Below, one piece after another: positions 46,501 through 58,500 of a stretch of 64,000 nucleotides of DNA; position 1 is the stretch's first letter; every line of letters starts with the position of its first letter. A model generated the notes under the pieces. That model was not told the DNA's origin. It was given only the letters and a program-made list of their open reading frames with translations, and ran no database searches. The position numbers were made by a program, and so were the translations under genes. The DNA comes from Macrostomum hystrix (Eukaryota > Animalia > Platyhelminthes), in contig CATNEN010000038.1 in NCBI GenBank assembly GCA_950097015.1, positions 25,358,001 to 25,422,000 on the forward strand, written 5' to 3'.

Positions 46501-49500
46501 TGATCCGCCATCAACCGCTACCTACCTGCCAACCGGTGTCTGGGCCGACAATTTCCGCTACTTCGGCTTCCACCTGCCGTCCAAAGCGTCGGGCAACAGT
46601 CCCGGCAGCCTATTTCCACACCTGATGCTTCACGCATCCGTTGCTGTGTGCGTTGCTGTGCAGCACATTGTCCGTCTTAGACAGCGTCACAGGCGTCTAA
46701 CCAGCGATTTGCCTCCTCCGTCTCCCGGCCTAATATTTCCCAACTTTAAATTTGTCGACTTTGAAGCATTTTATTGTCAGAGAATGAGCGGCGACTCTAG
46801 ATCAGTTTTATCTTCCGGTTTTCAATTTCTGGCCAACTTCTTCGGCTACAAACTCGGCTTAGAATTGACCTGCGTTGCTATGGTGATTAGCGCGTGTCTA
46901 CGATTAGACTCAATCGGGTGCCTGTACCTGCTATTCCTGCTGATGTTCACATTTCTGAGGCGCGATACGGTTCGCAAACTGTGGCCCCTGCTGCATCTGA
47001 TTGTTGGCCTCGGCTTTGCCGGCCAGTTTGCCGTCGCCTGCGGCTTTCCACCGTTTCTATGCTTGAATTATCCTTGGTTTAGTCCAGCTACTAAGGCTGT
47101 GTTCTCTGATAATGTTCGACAATGGCTTTACCTGCCGGCATATGGCGTGCCGCCTAGGGCTGAGAAGCTTATTGGTGAGCTAATTTTGCATCTCTCCAGT
47201 AAATAATGTATAAATTATCGACCAATCAGTTCAATAAAGTACACAATATCTCACTCCAAAGCATTTATTAACCAGCCAAATTAATCTAGCATGTTAATAT
47301 AAAAAGTTCATTCAAAAATATTCAATTAATCATTTAATCAATCAACCCATTAATAAATTATTAATTATCAATCAACGTATCAACTCGGCGATCAACCAAA
47401 ACTTATTTTAATCAATCTATCAACCAATCAACGAATCAATGAATCAATCTATCAACAAATCAACAAATTCATCAACCAATCAACGAATTAATGAATCAAT
47501 GTATTAACAATCAACAAATTCATCAACCAATCAATGTATCAATGAGTCAATCTATCAACAAATCAACAAATTCACCAACCAATCAACGAATTAATGAATC
47601 TATCTATCAACAAATCAACAAATTCATCAACCAATCAACCAATCAACGAATAAAGGAATCAATGAATCAATCTATTGGCAATCAACAAGTTCATCAACCA
47701 ATCAACGAATCAATGAATCAATCTATCAACAAAGCAACAAATTCATCAACCAATCAGCGAATAAATAAATCAATGAATCAATCTATCAACAAAGCAACCG
47801 CCCACCCGCAGCCGACTACTTCCTGTTGCTGATGATCAGTTGTCAGCGCAGGGTATTCAATGTCGAGCGCACCCCGGCAGCTCCTGGCTATGTCAATTCC
47901 AACAGTCCAGTGTGGACCGATGTGGCCTCCGAGTTGAAACTTCGCTGTTCATTTCTAGACGTGAAGTGAGTCGCTCGTTTTTGTTTTATAATTCTAATCG
48001 ACGAAATTTGATTGATTGATTGATTGATTAATAATTGGTATCAATTTGCAGAACAGGCGAGCCGCTCAGCATGCTATTCAAGCTCATCTTTGTCTGGTTA
48101 TTCGGGCTGTGCATGTTCACCTTGCTTTTATCCGGCTTTTTATCATTCAATCTATTGTCATTCTCTTACATATTGGCCGCATTCTATCTGTTTGCTAAAG
48201 GGCACCAATTTCTATTGCAAGATCGCAAGCGTTTAGTTAGAACCTGGAGTCTAATCATTGGCCTAAATGTGTTCGTAATGCTATGCAAATGCAGCCTACA
48301 GTTGGTTGGCTGTTCCGCTACGCTAAGCCGTAGTCTCAATTATTGGTCAACTGAACTATTCAGCGTGCAATGCTTGAATATGCACGTGTTCTCGGATTAC
48401 GTAATACCGACTGATAGTAAAAGTTCAACTCTTAACCAGCCCGGCATTGTCCTGGATATAATCTGCTTTGTGCTACTAATACTGCAGAAGCGAGTTTTTC
48501 TAACTAAATATTTCACCGAGGTGCGTTTAGACACCGAGATACAGAACTCGTTCACCTCCAAGGGAGCTAGGATTATTACACTGACTCTGCGCCGCATTAT
48601 GGAGGCCAATATGAGAGCTGATCAACACGAGCTTGAGTATGTCCGGCGAAAAGTGCGCCATCTGCAGTCTAGGAAGAGACAGAAACGGGAGCTCACGGAT
48701 CACTTTCAGGTTTGATTGGCATTTCTCGCATTTTAATCATTGTCCTTTTACATTTTATAATGATCTGGGATTTTTCCCTGACCACAGTGTCAGTGGTATC
48801 AAACCCGTCCTTTAAAAATAAGAACTATTCCCCATTATCGAAAGTGCGGGATCTTTCCCATCCTATGAGAATCTGGGATCTTACCCATCCTCTGAGAATG
48901 TGGGATCTTTCCCATCCTCTGAGAATGTGAGATGTTTCCCATCCTCTGAGAATGTGGGATCTTTCCCATCCTCTGAGAATGTGGGATGTTTCCCATCCTC
49001 TGAGAATGTGGGATGTTTCCCATCCTCTGAGAATGTGGGATCTTTCCCATCCTCTGAGAATGTGGGATCTTTCCCATCCTCTGAGAATGTGGGATGTTTC
49101 CCATCCTCTGAGAATGTGGGATGTTTCCCATCCTCTGAGAATGTGGGATGTTTCCCATCCTCTGAGAATGTGGGATCTTTCCCATCCTCTGAGAATGTGG
49201 GATCTTTCCCATCCTCTGAGAATGTGGGATGTTTCCCATCCTCTGAGAATGTGGGATGTTTCCCATCCTCTGAGAATGTGGGATCTTTCCCATCCTCTGA
49301 GAATGTGGGATCTTTCCCATCCTCTGAGAATGTGGGATCTTTCCCATCCTCTGAGAATGTGGGATCTTTCCCATCCTCTGAGAATGTGGGATCTTTCCAA
49401 ATTAAAATATTGTTACATAGCTCCCTAATTCTGATAGCACACCCTACATAAACCAGGTGGTCCGATCAGGCACTAAGGATCTATTCTATACCAGCGACGC

Positions 49501-52500
49501 ACACGGCAACAAGGTCCTGTCAATTGAAGAGCCAGAATTTGAAGAGGCCGATCCGCAGATGCAACCATCTACAGCTGAGACCCTGTTTGAGCAGGGCGTA
49601 CTCAAAGCTAACGAATTTGCTCAGAAGCCAAGTCAGGTTCTACGCAAAACTATTGACAACCTCAGCAGGCGCCAGTCTCGATCCTATTCCATGACCGATG
49701 ACGATGCCTATCGTCGAGTCTCCGGCGATCGGGCACCATCATCCGTGGCTTCGTCCGACGAGTTTCAAGCTTCAACTGGCGGCGCTGTCGGCACACCCGG
49801 GCCTCCGCAGTACACTAGGCAGCCTATTCCTGAAGAAGAAGACTCGTCTGACACAATAGCCGATGCTTCTCCTGACGCTGCTGCTGTTGCCACTAGTAGC
49901 TCCGCAGCTGCTGCTGAAATGGAGGCAGCGTTGGAATCTGAACAGGTAAAAAAATTATCTATTTTTTCGAAAGAAAATTATGTTTTGATTTTTTTAAACG
50001 CTAAACCCGGAGTCAAAATTTTTTTTTCGTCTCTGTTTTCTGACCTTTATTTCACTCTTTCTTGTTTACCTCGTCCAGTTCAATCTAGTTCATTCTTTCT
50101 CGTTAGCTCTGCCCGCGACTGATTTCTCTTTCTCTCTCCCTTTCTTCCTTCTGATTGGTCGCCACGTCAATCCAACTAAACATCCAGCTAAACATGTTTA
50201 TTCTCTAACCCTCTTTCCCACCCTCCTTAAGCGACAGTATGTTCCTGCCCTAATCAATAAGAAGATCAACACTAAAGGCAACTTATCAGATAAGAGTAGT
50301 TATCGATCAATATAGTGCTTTATTAACGCCAGCAAATCAAACGGCCTCAGAACTGACTGTTCATTGTCGTTATATCTGTTCATAGTGGCATCTAACTAAG
50401 GCGAGTTGAAGATTAAAGCAGAAACAAACCAAGGGCAAGGGAGTTGTTTTATCGATCGTTGAGATGTATGGTCCAACCAACCAATCAGAGAAGAGCCGTT
50501 ATCGATCGGGAGTTGGGTGGTTGATGCCAGCCAATCATCGATCTCATTCTCCATCATAACAATTTAACAGGTGAAAATTACCGTATCGGAATGGCCGCCC
50601 CAGCCGTCAGCCCCGGCTGAAGTTGGCCAGTCAGACGCTGAACTATTAGAAAGTATCGAAGTGCTGAAGTCGCCCGACGATCCGGCCGATGTCGACGCTA
50701 AATCGAAAGCGAACATTGTTAGATACTGCGGCGGCGCCGCTCTACGCCTCCTACAGTTGGCCTGCGAAAAGCTTGACTCTCGCACTGTGGATTATCGCAA
50801 CATCAAAGAGCAGATGCTTGCTAGCCAGTTGGAAGCCAAAGCTGCTAGATTAGCCGAAGCTGAGCCATTCCTACACGACGACTCAGATTCTGGCGCGTCC
50901 GGCCGTCAGGTTCTCCTGCGTATTCGCGACTTCCCTGAGGAATTAATTTTGCCAGGCCGCGACGGAGCCAGAGAATTAGAAACTGTGGAACCATTGCCGC
51001 CAACCAATGGCTGGTCGCAGACATTGTCTAGGCTGGCCCTACTATTGCAGTATCTGGTACTGTCTAGATTGACACCGATATGCTACATCGCCATGGTAAC
51101 ATACTATCTCGCGCATTTCACACTGTTCGCCCTGTACTATCCGCTTGTAGTGTTCCTGTGGGGCATGATGTCGGCTCCGTACCCGACTAAACGCTTCTGG
51201 TTCGCATCTATGACTTACACAATGTTTCTAATATTGTTTAAGTATACTTTAAAGTTTAATCCAATCAAGATTCAGCTAGATAATAGCGGGGATGGATTTG
51301 CTAAATGGCTGCTGTCCGAGGCCAAGTTGTCTGACTCCACGCCACTTAGCGAGCTGTGCCTATTGGCTCTGTTGTTTATTCAGCGCAGCAATTTGAAACG
51401 CTACGGATTGTGGAATATTTCTAGAAGAAATCTGCAATCTGATCAAGGTAAGTTTATGTTTATTTATTGGGATATCAAATCGATTGAGATTTTATATGTT
51501 TATTAAGGGTTAATTAATTACTTAATGTTAATTCAGAATCGGTCAAGCAGCCATCATGCGGCTGCTCTGACGTGGATGACGCTTGTCCGTCCTGCTCTGA
51601 GGAAGTTGGCAATAACGACAATGCTGCTGCTGCTGCTGCTGCTGCTGCTTCTGTTGTCGGTGGCAGTGCAGGCGTGAGGAAACGTAAAACTGCCGGCGAT
51701 TCGTCTAAACTAGATTCTGCTGCAGTTGGCGAGGTTTGTATATTTGTGTATTTGTTCATAGATCTAGTTTCGACTAGATCTTGGCGGAACTGTGTTAAAG
51801 TACATTGCTAATAACTTTTTTGCTGAATATTTGTGACGCTGAAATGTGACTTTGCATTTTAATATTAGGGCTTCGCAAGTACATAAAAAATAAGTAAAAT
51901 TGTGATAAGATCGCTGACAAAGAAACTGATTTAGAGGCCTAAAGACAGAAAACTTACAGACAGATAGACAGACAGACTGTCGAGGAATAAATTGAAGTGA
52001 TAAGGCTCATACAAGTGTGCCAAAAAAGCTGAAACATCTAGCAGTTGACTAAGGTCAAAAAGTTCAAACACGAGCGAATAGCAGAAAACTGTTAAATTAG
52101 AAAAAATTGGTGCGCGATGGCTGAAAAAGAGTTCTGGTTGACTGGGGAAAATGCAAAATGTCGATCAGGCACAAAATTCACTTTTGACACAGAGAAAAGT
52201 AAAGATGCAATAATGAATCGACTTTACACTACGTATACTAAAAGTAGAAATGTAAGCACATGACATTCGTCGAGCTATCAAAAATACGCATTGGCAAAGT
52301 GCACGACTCAGTAAAAGGGTTTGAGCCATCTGCCATTCGCACTGATCGACATCTGTTATCGCATCGACAATTCGCCGAATGTGATGAAGGCTAGGTTGGG
52401 CGTCGTCGACTCCAGTACTGCCAGATTGTCAAATCTTATAACAGACTTAAACGCTTCAAATGGTCACTGAACAAGATTCTATGCAATGAATATTTCGAAA

Positions 52501-55500
52501 GCACGATAACAGGACATCCAAACATATTGATGCTACAGATACTTTATGAAAATATGACTGTTTTGTTAAAAAGAACTCGACATTAAAAGCAGGTCAGCGA
52601 GTCTAAGTCAGACATGTTGCGTGATATGGTCAATGTTAAATTTCTGAATGCGCATTATTGTCCGTGGCGACAAACAACTCAGTTCTTTGGCTGTGGCAGT
52701 GGCCAGCCTCACGAAGCACCCAAGTCTTGTTAAAATAATCTTAGAAGAGTTCTTAACACTTAGCACTCACTATTTCCTGAGGTAGTCATCAGATAACGGT
52801 ATTGGTAGGTACAAACAAACGAGACAGATTGACAGCGAAGTTAGTGAAAAATGTGAGCTTCCCTGGATTTTACGGTAGTCAACTTGTAAGAAAAATATCC
52901 AGTTGTGCATTTCGGGCTTGTAGCCTTGTACTATTTCCTCATTCGCAAGCACTATGCTGTCTGTGCAAAGCTGTTAAATTAAAATTGCTGGACCAGGAGA
53001 TAGCGACAGCGATGGGCCATCGTGGTGTTGTCATCAATGCAAGGCAATGACTGCTGCGCTTACCCTAACCAGCTGATCCTTGAATTTCTGAATTTCTAAA
53101 AATAACTCGCTTTAGAACAGATAGATCCTGGCTTGGCTAGGGTAAGACAATGCTGGCTTGTCTTGCTTCAGCTTATGAAGTGCAATCAATCCAGGTACTT
53201 TTCCACCTTATTCCTTTACATTCCTTTCCACCACTTTATTCCTTTCCTTCAAAAGCAGGTTTTAACAACACGTCCTCCACTTCTGACCACTTGACACGCA
53301 TCTGCTTCAGTTTTCGGTGTTTCTTTTTTCTGACTTTAAACGAAGGTTCGTAAGAAGGATATCATTATCGGAGGAATCAGACGGAGGATTTAGATTCTGG
53401 GTCCTTCTAGACACTAACCGTACATTGCAAAATAAATGGATACCGCGATTCATGGACACAACAAAAATTAAAACGAAATACATTACTCATAAGGGAGACA
53501 AAAACAAGTGACAACGTTACACTCACCCGTCTTCCAAAAGTACAAGTATAGTTTAGAAGGCCCGTGCGAAAGTAGCATGGAGTTTAAAGAAAAATGTGCA
53601 CCGTAGTCATCCAAAAAATAGCAGTGGAAAAAACAAAATGGAGGAAATAAGAGCGTAGGTTTGTCGGGAAGATGAAACACAACGGCTAAAATTCCCAGAT
53701 TGAAAGAAAGTAACAAAATTATGCAGCTTGCAGCCGCTCAAGTGCTTGCTGTGACTTGCGAAAAGTGGAAAATAAACAGAATAAGAAAAAAGACGGAACA
53801 GACAAATAATAATAATTGGACTAGAAGCACACGAAAAGTGACTTGATCGACGGTAAAGTTTCGAGCAGTACGGTAATAAATATTGGCATTTATTGATTTA
53901 TTCATGATTTATTGATCAAAGTTGTGGGTGGGTGCTGTTGAGAAAGGTAGACGAGACGCGAGGAGAAAAGTTTACAGCCGATCCAGCATGATTTTACGAA
54001 AGCTACCGTACTGACATTTCAAAACATTATTCGATGCACTTTTTTCGCCAGAGTGTATCTAAAAGTAGACGACTGACGAACCATCTAAAGGTAGCCTCTT
54101 GCACTATGGTTACTTGTCTATCAAATGTTGTCACTGCTCTAAAACATAAGAAATCCCATGATACAATATAGCCAAGTGCAATCAAAGTATCAATCAAATA
54201 ATATCAATCAAATATATTTAACAATATATAAGAATTTAAATGTGATATTCTGTTGTATTATATTCTGTGGTCACCATGTATATCACGTAACCGTTAATTA
54301 TGACAATATTGTGAGGCCTGTCTTGACACACCTCTGTACCCGTTGACCACATTAGGCCGGCTCAACAACCGACTCCTCTGAAGTTGCAGTGCCAGCTGCT
54401 GACATAGTCCCACCATCGCCGCAGCAGCCGTCCAATTCGTTCCTATGGAATTGCCTGACCTTGCATCCATTCAGAGAATTCTACAAGAAAGTTTCAGTTG
54501 GCAGCGCGTCAGTTAAAGTTGACTTATATTCGTCAATGTTTGCTGCGGAATTTCTATCTTTGCTAATTATCTTCTTTGGCTATACTAGCGGATTCGCTGA
54601 CTCTGGTGTTAGCGACGATGCCACTATTATCACCTACTTCTCCAAGGAAGAGGTCTGTCCGTAATTTTCTCTTTAGACTACTTCCAAACTCGCCTATATA
54701 GTATTATATTATTAGCAAAGACTAGCTATTTACATTTACATTTCAGATTCCCCTAACATTGACGCTGACATTGTTTGTGCAATTCTTGCTAATGCTGATC
54801 GATCGCGGCCTATTTCTAACCAAATCCCAGTCTGGCAAATATTTCTTTCACATTGTGCACGTGATTTTGTTGCACGTGTATTTGAAGTTCGTTCTGCCGG
54901 CAATGTCATCGTAAGTGATTGTTATTGTTTTGAAAGCTTCAATAATTTGAAGTGGTGTTTATTTTCCATTGGTAGCCTATTGGTAAGAACGTTGGATTGA
55001 TGACTTGTTGATAATGAAGGTCGGGGGTTCGATTCCTGCAACAATTTGTGTCCTTATCAGTTAAACGACCACTGAGGGAGTATATAAAATACCCACATAT
55101 TCTTTTTTGTAACTCCTCAAAATTGCAAGCAATCTCCATGAAAATCCAGAACACGGGCAAAAATTTTTCGAGCTATCCGATTATCAGTAGGACTACCAAG
55201 CCATTTTGCCGCCCGTTTTTATACCAAGGGGGATTCCCCCCCTGAAAATGTTTTTGCCAGCGCCTGAATGCTTTGGGGGCAACTGATTGGTTGACAGACT
55301 AGTCGAGGGTGTCCTGTGGTTGAGCTGCGCCTAATAGTTAGGCTTGAACAGTGAAATTGGAGAAATTCGCGTCATTTTATCTTGACTCTGGCTATGTCAG
55401 TACTATATGGCTGTCGTCGGTGTCCCAATAGATTTGAGCACAGTTTATCGAGTCGGATTCAATTGAAAATCAATCTAGAAATGATTTCCTACACGACTGA

Positions 55501-58500
55501 GTTGGTTTCATGATTTCAAACTAACATTTCTACTAACAGTAGACTTTGAGGATATGCCCCGAATTTTATTTACCCCCCACCCCAACCCGCGCCCCACACT
55601 GGTGGGCCACCAGTGCGCCGCCTGGCCAAACTATACGCCCTCCCACCAGTGACCGGTGGGTGGGCGTATAGTGGGGCGTACAGCGGGGCGCTGGTGGGAA
55701 GGCGCGGGTTGGGCGCGGTTGTCCCACCGGGAGGGTGTCCATAGTGGCCTAGTTCCACCTATTGTAGCTCTTGAAGGTCTAGACAGATAAGACAGATAGA
55801 TCTAGATAAAGGTCGGTGACCGCCGAAGTCGGAGATGATGCAAGCACATTCGGGTGACATGCTGATAAAGATTGAAGGTCTTGAAAGGCCGCACTGAGGC
55901 GCAGTGCTAATTCGTGTATAGGGGTGTATGAAATACACTAGCTCTTATGGGAAAAATCGGACCTTCGGCCAGAAACATTGAATATCTCGATGGTCTGAAG
56001 AGCTGGCGACTTGATTCTTGTTTCAGAAGATGCGCAACAAAAAGTTGGCCCGTGTTCTTGAGTTTTGTGTGCTTGCATTGTTCCGTTCGGGTGCAGCAAA
56101 ACAAATTGTCAGGGGGGAAATTCCCCCCCCCCTTGGTAGTTCTACTGTTACACAACCTCCGGAATCACAAAACATCGGCATCGTCGAGATATTCAACGAT
56201 TATCGTCGGGGTGTCTTCAAGTTGTCTTCAAGTTATGTTTTCAAGTTATATTTTATTATGCATTTTATTGTTATAATTTATGTTTTTTACAAAAAAAGTT
56301 AACAACTATTTTTTTATTTTGAAGCTTAAAAAATCGATTATTACGTTGTATTGTTTTGAAAGCTAGTTGTTCGTAAACGGGGCAAAATGTTTTCCGTATT
56401 GTGGACTTTCTCGAAAATCGGTCATTCGGTTTGGCTATTTGAAATACCAATCATCATAAATCATGCCAACAGCTTTAAATACTACACGACCTATCACTCA
56501 CCTGCAGGCCTGAGTACATCTCCGAGAGTGTTGTTATCAAACTGTTCTACATCTCCAAGTGCATCTATTTTGCATTATCGGCCAGCCAAATCTTATCTGG
56601 TTATCCGTCTCGCGTCCTGGGCAATTTCCTATGCAAGGGTCACAACTATTTGAATCTGTTCTCTTTCAAATTGTACATGCTGGTGCCGTTTCTATTTGAA
56701 TTGCGTTCAATTATGGATTGGATGCTGAGCAACACGGCCCTCGGCGTATCTCATTGGCTACTAATGGAGGATATGCACAGCCTGATATTTGTATCCAAGT
56801 GCTGGCGTCGCGCTGAAGTCGCCTATCCGACCGAACGAGCCAAGAATCGACCACCGTGCTACAAATACTGTCCAGGCTTCTGGCTGATTGTACTCATCGT
56901 TGCTTGCATTTGGGCGCCATTGCTCTGGTTCTCAGTCATGAGTAGTGTGTTTATGGAGATCAACGCTGTTACCTCCTGCACCTCCGAGCTGGCACTATCA
57001 GCCTACACGCCTCTGTACACGCTGAAGACCACGACTGTGACGGAGTTCACTGCCAATGACGCTGCCGAAGTTAGCAAATGCTTCTCCGGCGGTAAAAATA
57101 ATTCGGTGAGTGACTCGGATTTTAATGCCTGACACACCCCAATAGAGTTTTTGTATTTATCTGACACACCCCAATAGAGTTTTTGTATTTATCTGACACC
57201 CCAATAGAGTTTTTGTATTTATCTGACACACCCCAATAGAGTTATTGTATTTATCTGACACCGCAATAGAGTTTTTGTATTTATCTGACACCCCAATAGA
57301 GTTTTTGTATTTATCTGACACCCCAATAGAGTTTTTGTATTTATCTGACACCCCAATAGAGTTTTTGTATTTATCTGACACACCCCAATAGAGTTTTTGT
57401 ATTTATCTGACACCCCAATAGAGTTTTTGTATTTATCTGACACCCCAATAGAGTTTTTGTATTTATCTGACACCGCAATAGAGTTTTTGTATTTATCTGA
57501 CACACCCCAATAGAGTTTTTGTATTTATCTGACACCCCAATAGAGTTTTTGTATTTATCTGACACCCCAATAGAGTTTTTGTATTTATCTGACACCGCAA
57601 TAGAGTTTTTGTATTTATCTGACACACCCCAATAGAGTTTTTGTATTTATCTGACACCCCAATAGAGTTTTTGTATTCATCTGACACCGCAATAGAGTTT
57701 TTGTATTTATCTGACACCCCAATAGAGTTTTTGTATTTATCTGACACCCCAATAGAGTTTTTGTATTTATCTGACACCCCAATAGAGTTTTTGTATTTAT
57801 CTGACACCCCAATAGAGTTTTTGTATTTATCTGACACCCCAATAGAGTTTTTGTATTTATCTGACACCCCAATAGAGTTTTTGTATTTATCTGACACCCC
57901 AATAGAGTTTTTGTATTTATCTGACACCCCAATAGAGTTCTTGTATTTATCTGACACCCCAATAGAGTTCTTGTCTTTATTTGACACCCCAATAGAGTTT
58001 TTGTAAATCTCTGACATCACAATAGAGTTCTTATAGATCCCTGACACCCCAGTCAAGTTTTTGTAGATATCTGACACCCCAATAGAATTTTTGTAGATCC
58101 CTGACACCCAATCGAGTTTTTGTAATTATCTGACACCCCAATCGAGTTTTAAAGAATTTAGGCACCTAAAAATTATTTTTAAATCGAAGATGTTTTTATA
58201 TTTGCTCTGTCAATAGTTACCCAATATTAGGACTGAAATTATTATAAAGATGTACCCAACTTACTTATTTCCATCCTCAATCTTCAGTCCTACGCCAAGC
58301 GCATTAACTCTTTGCTGAGTTCCACAACGGCCTACACTGTCCAGTTCAACGGCATGTCCAGCGTACTGTGGACCATCACTCCGCCTGCTAGGGCGGCCCT
58401 GACAGAAGAACTGGCAGGAAATGGCACAGTGAAACTGGCGTTTCGTATCGAATGCCTGCGAGAGAAGGACAGCGGCGTGCCTAGGAAGATTGAATTCTTA

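Noticed and set aside
54965-55045. Functional tRNA gene
   Set aside because: A and B boxes are present, but the acceptor and anticodon stems do not pair; kept only as a SINE-like remnant
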